Origin: a virus
Taxonomy: Duplodnaviria > Caudoviricetes
Direction: 5' to 3' (one strand)
IMG/VR virus record: IMGVR_UViG_3300038321_000292
Location: 7,506-71,505 of that record
Length of the DNA stretch: 64,000 nt
This document shows, piece by piece, positions 30,701 through 39,280 of this stretch. Numbering within the stretch: the stretch's first letter is position 1; each line of letters begins with the position of its first letter. Position numbers and translations under genes: made by a program. The notes below the pieces were generated by a model. That model did no database searches and was not told where the DNA came from. It saw only the letters and a program-made list of their open reading frames with translations.

Positions 30701-31211
30701 GATCACTCATAGCAGTTTGTGCAACATCAGAACTGTAACCTAATGCTAATACATATTGTCCAAAATCTGCCATTGCAGGTACTACATTAGTATTTAATTG
30801 TGATGCAGTAGCACCAGATGATGCTTGGAAGTTACTCATTGCAGGTATAAGGTTCTGCATACTTACAAGAGATTTGTTAGTTGTTTCATCAACTGTATTA
30901 TATAAAGTGTTATATTCTGCTTCAGTATCGGTTAAACCTTTAATAAGTATCTTATTGGTTTCTGCAGTTTTACTCGTACCAAATATTAAGTTACCAAAGT
31001 TTTGTGCACCCATAGTACCCAATACTCCAGTAATAGCACCATCTAATCCTCCACAAGCATCAGCTATTCTACTAATACTACTTGCTCCTGATGAACCTGC
31101 ACTACTTGTAGTACCACCCATATTCTTTACACTGGACTGTATCTTATTAGTTACACCAGTAACATTATCCACTGCTGAGAAATTTAATAATACATCTGTT
31201 CCTGTTGGCAT
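27723..31211 (-). CDS. Tail tape measure protein
   Basis: 1162 aa, Ala/Gly/Ser-rich helical repeats, hydrophobic central segment, directly after the chaperone genes. Confidence 0.92.
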   Translation of the reverse strand: MPTGTDVLLNFSAVDNVTGVTNKIQSSVKNMGGTTSSAGSSGASSISRIADACGGLDGAITGVLGTMGAQNFGNLIFGTSKTAETNKILIKGLTDTEAEYNTLYNTVDETTNKSLVSMQNLIPAMSNFQASSGATASQLNTNVVPAMADFGQYVLALGYSSDVAQTAMSDLGKGLQGQFASLDQYKVSEQSLKDTGLWSGKADDIEGYMAAIEQVIGGTDELMNTTTGLEALMGKSFSKAGKQLGAYLLPMEKQVLTGFMGINDATGGNLAVGLLAAGEGASVLAQGLGAVGAAAQGIRALSKIWHVVSDGISGAIAKLMEYKAAEGGLDVGGDAVGAAASKGAGKVASETGSDVGADVAGNVGGEVAEGIFDKRKSSNTPDMDKRSVNTNSFKNANKSMKGATSGIKGIATETAELAPAAASASATSTASAGALSTLSASISSMLVPMLAVAAVVAIMIPIIAGIAAEVLIFVKGIGMLIQALDFQSMNLTGQINGIKQIGTAMWELAKAFGAITLVSIEAVIFSAVQQFTQIINPIQVAVNQVKKAVSAVNQLGAVGNINSSIPAKLKMLSTSLRAVAIAIMSMTAVTGSLFLGQVITLHGIFGSLSSNLKNGMKDIKNAISEINNMKGIQSVDTGAVNKLKSTAEALKAVSEAIKALTGVTWDTGMGNLLSFGTGIKSTMNALKMAKTEIINAVPILNSFSGMPTIDTSVGTKLKNTAEALKNVSSAIKSLGDLNWNTNGLGGIFNGDVIGSLRTAKSQITQAATILAGFNTIANVPPQASTKVKNVATGVKTVTSSLKTLNGITTTGINFTNIVPTLQKARTALGQASVYIAGLNTISNIPTTVNTKLKKLTTVLPQVRTAAGALKGIPTVANTANIKKAVSAIKQTASELAGLNNLKSVQSGNALNSIRNALNQIRGILKTSTGQMRTGGVSVGQAISQGIRAGLGNLAGVITPIFLSAMNSLVGQANSKGNQVGAGVKNGFSAGIKGMAQAAATEVATALSNITSKKSQFYTAGSELGAASAQGYKDGGGIASPGIIARSALGEVNYALQFFSSGESKLYTAAQRMGKSAALGYKSTNFSSLLSNNSLGKSFGTSTLNSIKDANKTFKPSIPQKNVSIQVGEGAVQLDARNLTTRESQQVMINAMEGFKAVKDVTV

Positions 31212-31312
31212 GATTCACCTCCTATTTTTTTAATTTTTTTGTTTGATTCTTGATTTATCATAATAAAAAATTTAATAATAAAAAAAAAGTAATATATAAA
31301 TTTAAAAAAGAA

Positions 31313-31510
31313 TTATTTCATCTTCTCCTCTAACTCTTCCTGTGCTTTCACTTCACTTAAAACTTCCCTGTAATATCTTGTAATAAGTAAACTATAATCA
31401 GGATTAAATTTCTTCCTAATCACATCACTTACAAAACATCCTAAGTGTTTACTTACACGGAAGTATACTTCAAATATTAAAGAATTAGTTAAGAAAGTAG
31501 ATATCATCAT
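31313..31510 (-). CDS. Second tail assembly chaperone ORF (T-like)
   Basis: 65 aa ORF overlapping the 3' end of the chaperone gene and preceding the tape measure. Confidence 0.6.
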   Translation of the reverse strand: MMISTFLTNSLIFEVYFRVSKHLGCFVSDVIRKKFNPDYSLLITRYYREVLSEVKAQEELEEKMK

Positions 31511-32288
31511 TCAAGGTTTCTGTTAAACCTAAAGTATCACGAACACGGAGATATAATGCCATTTTAGGCATGAAGCTTAATCTTTGCCAGAACCTTTTTT
31601 TATCATCATAATTTGTTAATACACTATTTTTCACATCTACATTGTATGCTAGGAATGTGTTCATTTCTTGTGCAATGTCCTCTTTTCTTCCTTTTTCTTC
31701 TAATTTTTTATTCACACTTCTAATTATTTGTGCTTCTTCAGGACTGATTGGTTCTCCTCTTTGTGCTTTCTCGTAGACGAATCTTTGATTGTCTGGAATG
31801 TCTTGGAACATTTGTAAGTGTTGTTGTACACTTTCTACTGCTCTACTATCATCAACTGGTTTGATTATTAGGTTGATTATAACATATTCTTGTTCTTTAC
31901 TATCTTCTGCTTCTCCGATGGGGTATTTGTATTTGATTGTTTTTGCTTGTCTTTTGTCGAGAAGATCAAGTAATTCTTTTTCACTGTTGATTTCACGGAT
32001 TATGTTGTTAGCGTTTTCTTCAAGTTCTGATGGAATGTTTTCGTGTAGTGCTCCTCTCCATCTCCCTAGTATTTCTCCAATGATTAAGAATTCTTCATCA
32101 GTTACGGTTTGGTGGTCTCTTACTCTTTCTGCTATGTCTTGTTCTTCTGTGGATAGATTGTTGTCTACTTTTAGTAGTTCGTAACATTCTTGGGGGTATT
32201 GTGTTTCTAAGAGGTATTGGTCTATGTCTTTGTTTCTTTCTTGTTCTGCTTTTTTTCTTGCGTGTTTTTTGTTTTGTTTTTTACTCAT
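31485..32288 (-). CDS. Tail assembly chaperone (G-like)
   Basis: Position between tube and tape measure; acidic and helical. Confidence 0.6.
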   Translation of the reverse strand: MSKKQNKKHARKKAEQERNKDIDQYLLETQYPQECYELLKVDNNLSTEEQDIAERVRDHQTVTDEEFLIIGEILGRWRGALHENIPSELEENANNIIREINSEKELLDLLDKRQAKTIKYKYPIGEAEDSKEQEYVIINLIIKPVDDSRAVESVQQHLQMFQDIPDNQRFVYEKAQRGEPISPEEAQIIRSVNKKLEEKGRKEDIAQEMNTFLAYNVDVKNSVLTNYDDKKRFWQRLSFMPKMALYLRVRDTLGLTETLNDDIYFLN

Positions 32289-32399
32289 ATTCAGTTTCTC
32301 TCCTTTTTTACAATCATTATGTATTATTAAAAAATTAATTAGTATTACTATTTGTTTAAAATAAAAAAAAGAATAATAAAAATAAAATAACTAGAAAAA

Positions 32400-32834
32400 T
32401 TAACTAGCTAAATCTTCATTACTCTTTAAATGTAAACCTTCACCCTTAATAGTTTTCTTACTCTTATCAGATAATTCATAAGTATTATCAGACAACTTAC
32501 AACCATACAATACAGCAGCCTCAACATAACTTCCACCTTTACGGAAATTATACAAAGCTAAAGGCCAACCATAATCATCCTCCTTCTGACTATTCCAAAG
32601 TTTACGGAAAAATGTAATATCATTAACCTCACCCAATTCAAAGGAATGCTCCTCACCACTCATCTGCCAAGCAATACCCTCATAATCAGAAATACTAGTT
32701 TGACGAGTAAGTGTTATTTTAGATTCAATCTTCACACTCCCCACAATCTTAACTTCACCATCTAACCGGACTTCACCTAAATCGTAAGTATCCTCTTTCT
32801 CAACTACTTTCGTTTCTGTACCATTATTACTCAT
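32400..32834 (-). CDS. Tail tube protein
   Basis: 144 aa beta-rich acidic protein immediately after the sheath gene. Confidence 0.7.
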   Translation of the reverse strand: MSNNGTETKVVEKEDTYDLGEVRLDGEVKIVGSVKIESKITLTRQTSISDYEGIAWQMSGEEHSFELGEVNDITFFRKLWNSQKEDDYGWPLALYNFRKGGSYVEAAVLYGCKLSDNTYELSDKSKKTIKGEGLHLKSNEDLAS

Positions 32835-32868
32835 TTATCTTATAACTCTCAAATAAAAAAAATTATGT

Positions 32869-33990
32869 TTAACTTGTTACCTTAACATTCGGATAAGATA
32901 CTGTACTGTAATGTTCAATATAGAGACTAGTGTTAACTGGTTTAATCTTACTATAAATATTTAAAGTGAAAGGATCACCATCAGCTTCTTCAACTGTGAT
33001 TTCAGTACCCTCCATTAAATACCCCTCACGAATACCAGTATCAACTATAGTATCCACATCAGTTTGAACATGTGCAATATTAGTTGCAGTTTCATTCCTT
33101 TTCAATTGATTATATGCAACAATATCAACATCTTCAATAACCTTATCAGCAATTCTCCGTGCATGATTAAGACAATCGTTAGGTCTTTCCTCTGTGTTCA
33201 ATGCCCAAGCAGTACTAGTAGCAAGATTCATCACAGGTCTTACTGTAGCACCGAAATGATCATCATATGCAAATATAATACCAGCATCACTTAACGCATC
33301 CATCTGTGCAGGAGTTCTTTCTTTCAAGGTTCCTACTTCAATACTACGGAAAGCATCACGGCCAGGTTCAATATCAAATGGAGTATAACAAAGTTTAGCT
33401 ATTTCCTTACCTGCAACTTGATTTTCTATAATGTTAATACGTGACTTATTAATGAAACTTCCAGCTACACCTGAAACATTTGTTTTAGCTATTAAATCTG
33501 CATCGGATACTGTTTTATCTGTTTCAATAAAGTATGCGAGTTTTAATGCTCCAAGTTTATTAACATCCATAATATTAGTATAAACTGCATCCATCACACT
33601 AACATCACTTGTTAAGTAAACTTCAATTTTCGCATCATTCTTTGTTTGTGCAAGTGTTGCAGCTGCTGTCCAATTTTCAGTAGTAGGTGCTATACCCATA
33701 TCAATAGCGTAACATGTACCTAATCCAAGGTCTGTTGCTTCTATTGGTTCTCCTTCTTCATAAAATTCTTTAATACATTTAAGTAAAGGATTAGTGTTTA
33801 AATCTACTGGTTCTATTCCGAGTCCGCCAGATGCTGTTGTTTTAGCTGCATCTTCATACTTTTTAAATTCAAGAATCTTAGGACTGTAAGTTGTTGTTTC
33901 TGTTGCTCCAATAAAGATAGGTATATACCGTCCCGTGTCCACTACTGGTAAACTGGATTGTTCTTTATGATTTACATAAGGTTTTACCAT
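32869..33990 (-). CDS. Contractile tail sheath protein
   Basis: IPIFIGAT N-terminus; C-terminal RRIAD...IREGYL...ITVE...LNIYSKIKPVNTSLYIE sheath pattern; baseplate J present in the genome. Confidence 0.8.
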   Translation of the reverse strand: MVKPYVNHKEQSSLPVVDTGRYIPIFIGATETTTYSPKILEFKKYEDAAKTTASGGLGIEPVDLNTNPLLKCIKEFYEEGEPIEATDLGLGTCYAIDMGIAPTTENWTAAATLAQTKNDAKIEVYLTSDVSVMDAVYTNIMDVNKLGALKLAYFIETDKTVSDADLIAKTNVSGVAGSFINKSRINIIENQVAGKEIAKLCYTPFDIEPGRDAFRSIEVGTLKERTPAQMDALSDAGIIFAYDDHFGATVRPVMNLATSTAWALNTEERPNDCLNHARRIADKVIEDVDIVAYNQLKRNETATNIAHVQTDVDTIVDTGIREGYLMEGTEITVEEADGDPFTLNIYSKIKPVNTSLYIEHYSTVSYPNVKVTS

Positions 33991-33996
33991 TTAATC

Positions 33997-34257
33997 CTAG
34001 ACCTCCATTTGTTTATAATCGTTTATCATTTTGTTAAATTCCTTATCTGTCATTACTCCTTCAGGATTTAACCCTAAATTCATATCTTTTTGTTCCTTAT
34101 AATATGAGGGTAATAATCCATTTTTGGATAATGCTCCAATGAGTAATATATATTCTTCTTCTGATTCAGTTACTAATTCATTTAATATTTTCTTAACTTC
34201 TTTAACTACCTTTTTACTTGTAACTGCTTCTTCCTTTTGTGTTTCTTCTTCTGCCAT
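33997..34257 (-). CDS. Small hypothetical morphogenesis protein
   Basis: 86 aa ORF between tail terminator and sheath. Confidence 0.65.
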   Translation of the reverse strand: MAEEETQKEEAVTSKKVVKEVKKILNELVTESEEEYILLIGALSKNGLLPSYYKEQKDMNLGLNPEGVMTDKEFNKMINDYKQMEV

Positions 34258-34287
34258 AAAAAATATCCTATATAAAATTTTTAATGA

Positions 34288-34965
34288 TTATATTCCTTGT
34301 TCAATTATATTTAATCCTGTTGTAGGGTTACCTCCAAGTACATGATAATTATAATAATCTAAACTAATCTTATAGATAGATCTAAAAATTGTTTCTTTAC
34401 TATCATACTCATCTTGATTGAATTCTGGTTCTACTTTAAAACTTGAACGTATGATGTTGTACTTCATGAATGGACTAATATAGTTATATGTTTCTGTGTT
34501 TGGGCATTGGCCTTTAATAGTACGACTATTATTCTTAGTAGTTACAGGACATGGTGTATTTGTGGTATTACATATTCCATTAGTATAATTACTGCATAAT
34601 GTATAGTAATCGGATTCGAGTTTCCATAATTGATTAGTGACTTGTTCATTTAACTGGTATCGTTCTTGTTCAGTACTTGCCCAAGTATTAATCACAACTG
34701 TTGTATAATTCTTGTTTCGTCGTACTTGTTGAGGGTACAGTTTATTGGGATTAGTTGTATCATATAATGGGTGTGTTGATGGTAATGGTAGATTCATGTT
34801 TAATAATTTATCCCCATCATTGTATCGTCCTCCTCCTTGATTGTTTATTGTGATACAAGGAGTACTATCTACAAGTGTGTAAGTAGGTAATATTTTCACA
34901 GGAACATCATTGATGGATATGTATCCTTTTAATATGCTTCTAAGAAACCATGTTACTTTATCCAT
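34288..34965 (-). CDS. Tail terminator/completion protein with Cys-cluster insertion
   Basis: TPCITI and VINTWAST..ERYQL motifs; synteny; four-Cys insert. Confidence 0.65.
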   Translation of the reverse strand: MDKVTWFLRSILKGYISINDVPVKILPTYTLVDSTPCITINNQGGGRYNDGDKLLNMNLPLPSTHPLYDTTNPNKLYPQQVRRNKNYTTVVINTWASTEQERYQLNEQVTNQLWKLESDYYTLCSNYTNGICNTTNTPCPVTTKNNSRTIKGQCPNTETYNYISPFMKYNIIRSSFKVEPEFNQDEYDSKETIFRSIYKISLDYYNYHVLGGNPTTGLNIIEQGI

Positions 34966-34966
34966 T

Positions 34967-35374
34967 TTAATTTATCCCATACTTATGTAATACTTCACGT
35001 GTTACCCTAGTCATATCCCCATTGGTTCTTAACTTGTTAAAAGCACGTAATGGATAATTGTTAGGCTTCATACGACTTGTACCATTAATTACATATGGCA
35101 CATATTCAACATTATTAGTGATCTGTTTACTTAATGAACTTCCAAGATTTAATTGATGTCCAGCTTTTAAAGTTCCACCAGTTTTACCATCTTCATACAC
35201 CCCAACTGGAGCACCTCCAGATGGTGTTTTCCCATCACGCACACCTACCCCTGATTCCATAATATAATTATATGCTGTTAATGTTACTTCATTTAAACAT
35301 TCACTGCAAATGGTTTTCCAATTGTTCCCACATTTCTTATAGAAACTATCATTAATTTTCACTTCAATATCCAA
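34967..35374 (-). CDS. HK97 gp10-like neck/tail completion protein
   Basis: APV...GTLK...ITNNVEYVPYVINGTSRM motif. Confidence 0.8.
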   Translation of the reverse strand: MDIEVKINDSFYKKCGNNWKTICSECLNEVTLTAYNYIMESGVGVRDGKTPSGGAPVGVYEDGKTGGTLKAGHQLNLGSSLSKQITNNVEYVPYVINGTSRMKPNNYPLRAFNKLRTNGDMTRVTREVLHKYGIN

Positions 35375-35383
35375 AACTATTCA

Positions 35384-35737
35384 TCACTCCTCTAATTTAC
35401 GGTTTGTTCTTTCTTGTGTGATTATGATTTTATGATGACTAGTTGCTGTGAAATGATTATTAACCTGCGGACTACCTGTGATGCTATAGGTGAGTGTATC
35501 ATTTTTGATTCTTAGTATGCAATTATCTGAACAATTTACATCTGTGTAGACTTTGAAAGTGTTTTGTAATATTTTCCCAAAATCTCTTATACTTTCTTTA
35601 GGAGTGTATGGTTGGAAATCCACACTACTTGTAGTGGTTAACCTATATTTTGTAAGGTTTGTGTCTGTGTAAACATCATACTCCTCACTTTCATAGGGTT
35701 CCCAGAACTCCATTGTTGTATTAGTAAAATAAGTCAT
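35384..35737 (-). CDS. Head closure protein
   Basis: 117 aa beta-rich protein after the adaptor; synteny. Confidence 0.65.
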   Translation of the reverse strand: MTYFTNTTMEFWEPYESEEYDVYTDTNLTKYRLTTTSSVDFQPYTPKESIRDFGKILQNTFKVYTDVNCSDNCILRIKNDTLTYSITGSPQVNNHFTATSHHKIIITQERTNRKLEE

Positions 35738-36330
35738 AACATTGTAGCTCGTGGTTTATTACTTGTTTTCAAATCTTCAATACTATTCATTAATGTAGTG
35801 TAGAATGTATTGTATTTACTACTAGTATTATCATAACTTACACTAACATCTCCCTCACTTACACTACTAGTAACACCTGAGTGTTGGTAGATGGGATTGT
35901 TTTGGAATACAATATAATCAAGTATTACTGGTTCTACATTATTTGTCCAGTAAGCTTCACTGATTTGACTGGTGTAGTTGATTGTTAATATGTCAAAGTC
36001 TACTGGGAAGATTGTTGGTTTGCGGAATTTGATTATACCATTAGTTTTATCCAAAAAGTAATCATTACTTGTTAACTCTGTTTCATTGTTAATTATAATT
36101 GATTCAATACTTTTAACTGGATAATAAGGGAGTAAGTAATTAATTAAATAGGGTGATGGGTATAAGTCAACTGTTTCCCTAGTAATTGGTGTAGATGATA
36201 AGCCAGTTAAATTACTAATCTGCGTAGTAGCATAACTTATCATACTATTCACTTCATCATCAGATAAACTTGATGTATCCACTCCATTCTGCTCTAATGC
36301 TAACAGCACATCTTCTTTCTTAATTACCAT
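35734..36330 (-). CDS. Head-tail adaptor/connector
   Basis: Helical N-terminus; LPYYPVKSIESI; SSVSEGDVSVSY motif. Confidence 0.8.
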   Translation of the reverse strand: MVIKKEDVLLALEQNGVDTSSLSDDEVNSMISYATTQISNLTGLSSTPITRETVDLYPSPYLINYLLPYYPVKSIESIIINNETELTSNDYFLDKTNGIIKFRKPTIFPVDFDILTINYTSQISEAYWTNNVEPVILDYIVFQNNPIYQHSGVTSSVSEGDVSVSYDNTSSKYNTFYTTLMNSIEDLKTSNKPRATML

Positions 36331-36377
36331 TCCCTATCCATTGTCCTTTTAAAAAAATATAATCTAAAAATTTATTT

Positions 36378-36653
36378 TTATGCTCTATCCTGTTTACCAG
36401 CTAATAATGCATCCACTTCAGTTTTAGTATAAACATCTGATGTATTTGCTTTTAAACCTAATGAGGTATCTACTTCAGTTTTATTATAAACCTCGGTAGA
36501 GTTTGCTTTAGTATTCAGTAAGGTATCTGATTCAGTTTTAGTATAAACATCAGTTTTAGCAGGAGTACTGGATTTTAAAGCTTTAATTTGATCATACAAA
36601 TATTTGATTTCTCCACCTTTACGTTGGAAAATCTTTTGAAAACTAGTAGTCAT
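36378..36653 (-). CDS. Small head-associated fibre/decoration candidate made of YxKxExD repeats
   Basis: DVYTKTESD, EVYNKTEVD, DVYTKTEVD; directly after the major capsid gene. Confidence 0.6.
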   Translation of the reverse strand: MTTSFQKIFQRKGGEIKYLYDQIKALKSSTPAKTDVYTKTESDTLLNTKANSTEVYNKTEVDTSLGLKANTSDVYTKTEVDALLAGKQDRA

Positions 36654-36655
36654 AC

Positions 36656-37630
36656 TTATTCAGTATCCCCGATTTTAATAATTTTTCCACCCCATTTCTC
36701 ATTACGATTATATGCTGTTAACCAAGTATAAATAGCTTTACTGGTTGAGAGTTTGGTTTTAGCAAAATCAACAGTCATTGGAGCTTGTAATTCTCTTATA
36801 CGATATGCTCGTTTATCCACAAATTGAAGTACATGTCCTTCAATACCAGTAGTGTCAATATTAGGGTCTACTATGATTGGAATAGTTTGTCCATTAGGGG
36901 CATTGTATCCAACTACACGAATACCAATATTTAAATCTACTTTATCAAGTACTCTTTGTTTAGATTCCATCATGTTCTTTAATTGTGTTTGAACTTTTGC
37001 AGTTGTTACAATTGCTGATGGACTTCCACCTGCATCTACAATGTCTTGTGCTACATTATCAACAGTATCTAAATCTAATACTGCTCCAGTGTTATCATGT
37101 GTATTAGTTGTGGTGGATGTGATTAATCCTTCAAAATCTTTCGCAGTTGTAGTACCTTTACCTTGAAGTATACCTTTATCTTTACTTTGTGCAATATCTA
37201 AGTATCCATCATTAATTTCCTCAGTTAAAAGGTCTGCTGCATCTACACCTTTCAAGGATAAGTCAGATATTTCAATTGGGTAGACAAGTGTTTTCATTTT
37301 AACAACTTCATCAGTATAAGTAGAAGTGTCAAATGCTGGGATATCATCTTTTTCTCCAATAAAACTAGATGTGGTTGCTTTCTGTCTTCTACGTACACCT
37401 ACCTTATCTCTTGTTGCACCAGTTACCATTCCTGCCCCTTCACAATATCGGAGGAAAGGAGATTGCATTGTTACAAGATTTTGAAGGTCTTTATCATAAT
37501 CAATAGTGATCATAACATCAGAATCTTCAGTTCCTTGTATTGCTTTTTGTTTTTCAAATGCTTTTTGTAAATTAATTAAATCTTCTTGAGAAGCGTATCT
37601 CGTCTGTAATGCATCGTTTAAGTTAACCAT
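36656..37630 (-). CDS. Major capsid protein (HK97 fold)
   Basis: 324 aa after the protease; KDFEGL, GGSPSAIVT, IPIIVDPNI; synteny. Confidence 0.9.
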   Translation of the reverse strand: MVNLNDALQTRYASQEDLINLQKAFEKQKAIQGTEDSDVMITIDYDKDLQNLVTMQSPFLRYCEGAGMVTGATRDKVGVRRRQKATTSSFIGEKDDIPAFDTSTYTDEVVKMKTLVYPIEISDLSLKGVDAADLLTEEINDGYLDIAQSKDKGILQGKGTTTAKDFEGLITSTTTNTHDNTGAVLDLDTVDNVAQDIVDAGGSPSAIVTTAKVQTQLKNMMESKQRVLDKVDLNIGIRVVGYNAPNGQTIPIIVDPNIDTTGIEGHVLQFVDKRAYRIRELQAPMTVDFAKTKLSTSKAIYTWLTAYNRNEKWGGKIIKIGDTE

Positions 37631-37702
37631 AATTGTTTAATTCTCTCTTTTTAAAATGTGTTTTATATTCCTTTAAATTCTGTTTAAATCTATTTTTCTT
37701 GT

Positions 37703-38821
37703 TTAACCTGTGAATATTTCAGCTATTTCTCTTGCACTTTTAGTTACAGGTTTACCAGTTTCTTCTTTACCCTTTTTTTCTAATTCTTCTTCTTTTACCA
37801 ATTTATCAGTTTTGCTTTCAGGTTTACGTGTTGCTTCTAAGTTTTTAACAAGATTATCTTCAACTTTACTTTCAACTTTATTGATGATGCTGTCTAAATC
37901 ATCGATTGTTAAACTTTTCTTTGGTTCCTTTTTAGGGTTGCATGCTTTTTCTTCTTCTAATTGTGCTTCGAGTTCTGCAATTCTTTGTTTAAGTTTTTCG
38001 GTTTCATCAGGTGTAGCTATTTCTTCTTTTTCAACTTCACTTTCACTGGATTCGGTTGATTTGTTTTCATCCATTGGGGGTAAGTTGTTTAATGCTTCGT
38101 TGATGAGGTCGATGATGCATTGTTGTTGTTCTGGGCTGAAGATTTCTCCATCCATTTTCTCTAATTGTTCTTCTTCTGTTTTTTTAATTGGTTCAGTCAT
38201 AGTATTCTCCTTATTTAATGTTTTAGTTTCTTCTTTGTTTGTTTCTGATTTACTCTTACGTAATAATGCACATGCCCCAGATAAGCATTTGGATTCTACA
38301 ATGTTTTTATGTAATTGTACTGTTCCGAAAGTATCCCAATTTGCTGGTAATCCAGTTAAACTGATTTCCATTAATTGTATGCTTTTAACTGTCCATCCAT
38401 TATCCTTATTGGTAGTGTAATCTTTAACTAATCCTCTTACACTTAAACCAAGTTTAACATCATTTTCTAATCTTTCTTTTACAAGTGGACTGATGCTGGG
38501 TATGATTTTGAATAAGATTTTAAGGTTAGTGTCATCAGTGTCTTCTACACTTATCACGGTTCCTATAACTTTTTTCAAGCTTTTTTCATGGTCGCAGTGT
38601 ATGTTTAAGTTTAATGCTTGATTTTTCATTTCTTGGATACATTCTGGTGTGAAGTTATCCATTTCTAAATCGGAACTGGTAGTGGATGCTATTCCTTCTA
38701 GGATTAATGGTTCATTGTTAGAATAAGTTTCATCATCTTGTTCTTTGATGATGTTCTGGTTATTGTGTGTTTGTATTTTTGAGTAAATCTTGAAATGGTT
38801 ATTGTTTTCCATATTACTCAA
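37703..38821 (-). CDS. HK97-type prohead protease with scaffold C-terminus
   Basis: LEGIAST...DLEMD, HCDH, GLSVRG, LMEISLTGLPANWDT; acidic coiled-coil tail. Confidence 0.9.
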   Translation of the reverse strand: MSNMENNNHFKIYSKIQTHNNQNIIKEQDDETYSNNEPLILEGIASTTSSDLEMDNFTPECIQEMKNQALNLNIHCDHEKSLKKVIGTVISVEDTDDTNLKILFKIIPSISPLVKERLENDVKLGLSVRGLVKDYTTNKDNGWTVKSIQLMEISLTGLPANWDTFGTVQLHKNIVESKCLSGACALLRKSKSETNKEETKTLNKENTMTEPIKKTEEEQLEKMDGEIFSPEQQQCIIDLINEALNNLPPMDENKSTESSESEVEKEEIATPDETEKLKQRIAELEAQLEEEKACNPKKEPKKSLTIDDLDSIINKVESKVEDNLVKNLEATRKPESKTDKLVKEEELEKKGKEETGKPVTKSAREIAEIFTG

Positions 38822-38996
38822 AATTATGTTTTTAATTATTGTTTTGTATAAAAATTAGGTTTTGTATGTGTTTTAATTGTTTTTATGTTTTTTAGGTTTT
38901 AGGTTACATATACACTCGTAAAAATTAGATTAATATAAAATAGGTTTAAATTAAAGTTAATATAAAAATAAAAAAAATTAGTAATAGTAAATGTAT

Positions 38997-39227
38997 TTAT
39001 TCTAAAGAATTTGCTAAGTCATCAATCTCAGCCATTTCCTTATCAGATATGGATTCCATGCTTTTAACCCATTCTTCATATTCGGAGTAAGCTGTTGAGT
39101 CTTCTTCTTTCAATTCTTTAATATATTCCTTTCTTTGATTTTCAGGTAATAGTTCAATGATTTTTTGTAAACTTTCATTTCCTCCAAGACCATAACCTTC
39201 ATCATATTTTAAAGCTGTCATATCCAT
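38997..39227 (-). CDS. Small acidic protein, candidate partner/immunity protein of the MuF C-terminal domain
   Basis: 76 aa, highly acidic, immediately downstream of the MuF gene; RBS AAGGAG. Confidence 0.6.
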   Translation of the reverse strand: MDMTALKYDEGYGLGGNESLQKIIELLPENQRKEYIKELKEEDSTAYSEYEEWVKSMESISDKEMAEIDDLANSLE

Positions 39228-39280
39228 TACTCCTTAAAATTTATGTGATTATTATTTGTTTCTTCTAATAAATATATTTT

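Noticed and set aside
28966-31233. Plus-strand ORFs of 116-220 aa inside the tape measure gene
   Set aside because: Antisense shadows of an Ala/Gly-rich gene; no RBS or motifs. The same applies to 37710-38420, 31789-32184, 11012-11371 and most other short + strand ORFs.
21851-36489. Diversity-generating retroelement (TR/VR pair)
   Set aside because: The six mismatches are not adenine-specific on either strand, and no reverse transcriptase is present in the window.
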